NCBI GenBank assembly: GCA_963725155.1
Contig: CAVRXU010000002.1
Coordinates: forward strand, 300,506-364,505
From: an uncultured Microthrixaceae bacterium
Lineage (GTDB): Bacteria; Actinomycetota; Acidimicrobiia; Acidimicrobiales; DATDAH01
Reading direction: 5' to 3'
Length of the DNA: 64,000 nucleotides
Below the pieces are notes generated by a model, which worked only from the letters and a program-made list of their open reading frames with translations, was not told the DNA's origin and did not search any database. The translations under genes were made by a program, and so were the position numbers. This document shows, in pieces, positions 63,787-64,000 of this stretch; position 1 is the stretch's first letter, and each line of letters opens with the position of its first letter.

Positions 63787-64000
63787 ATGGCTGATCCGGT
63801 CGCTGTCGCCCTCGAGCACGTCCGCGCCGCCTGCTTCGCCCTGCCTGAGGTCACGGAGCGGCTGAGCCACGGGTCGCCGACGTTCTTCATCCGGGACAAG
63901 AAGACCTTCGTCATGTTCCTGAACGACCACCACGGCGACGGCCGCTTGGCCCTTTGGGTCGCGGCCGCCCCGGGCGTGCAGGCCGAGTTGGTGGACGAGG
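63787..64000 (+). CDS. MmcQ/YjbR family (DUF419) DNA-binding protein; 3' end runs off the window
   Basis: Own translation: MADPVAVALEHVRAACFALPEVTERLSHGSPTFFIRDKKTFVMFLNDHHGDGRLALWV... Confidence 0.7.
   Translation, partial: MADPVAVALEHVRAACFALPEVTERLSHGSPTFFIRDKKTFVMFLNDHHGDGRLALWVAAAPGVQAELVDE

Noticed and set aside
63619-63933. 104-aa minus-strand ORF
   Set aside because: It overlaps, in antisense, the start of the MmcQ/YjbR-family gene, which has a clear family N-terminus.

Overview
Very GC-rich chromosomal window of actinobacterial type. The pointers are F420-type LLM and DDN enzymes, ino1, DivIVA, PAC2 and the tRNA-Ser / SRP-RNA / dnaX / ybaB / recR synteny. I cannot assign a genus. 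I call about 60 protein genes, 6 tRNAs (Ser-CGA, Ser-GGA, Phe, Asp, Glu, plus a 49-bp partial Glu copy) and one SRP RNA. There is no rRNA and no CRISPR array.

Most of the window is housekeeping or metabolism:
- DNA functions: dnaX-ybaB-recR, tadA, a stand-alone ATP-dependent ligase, a 5'-3' exonuclease.
- Carbon and nitrogen metabolism: thiolase, ccr plus epimerase, malic enzyme, glnD.
- Others: a two-component system and a CopB-type ATPase.

The clear accessory region is about 37-50 kb:
- A patch of resistance-like and decayed genes: an APH-like kinase, HAD and GNAT stubs, two RibD_C paralogs and tandem MaoC genes.
- A 7.4-kb integrated element at tRNA-Glu bounded by a perfect 49-bp direct repeat. 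It carries xis/int, a multiply frameshifted MobF-type relaxase, a frameshifted AbiEii-like toxin, an ISL3 stub and a VOC stub.
- A third, degenerate tRNA-Glu-end remnant about 1 kb further out, which suggests tandem or older integration.

Signals not explained by genes:
- A palindromic REP-like family (CGTTCTGGCACCTGATTCGG arms), four copies.
- A second ~70-95 nt intergenic repeat, two copies, one of them flanked by perfect 27-nt direct repeats.
- A CBS-pair/citrate-synthase fusion carrying a one-base frameshift.
- A small downstream ORF whose coding signal switches frame.

I did not find a convincing new multi-gene defence or other system. The repeat families and the decayed element are the best leads. 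Many long ORFs in the supplied track are antisense shadow ORFs typical of high-GC DNA and were not called.
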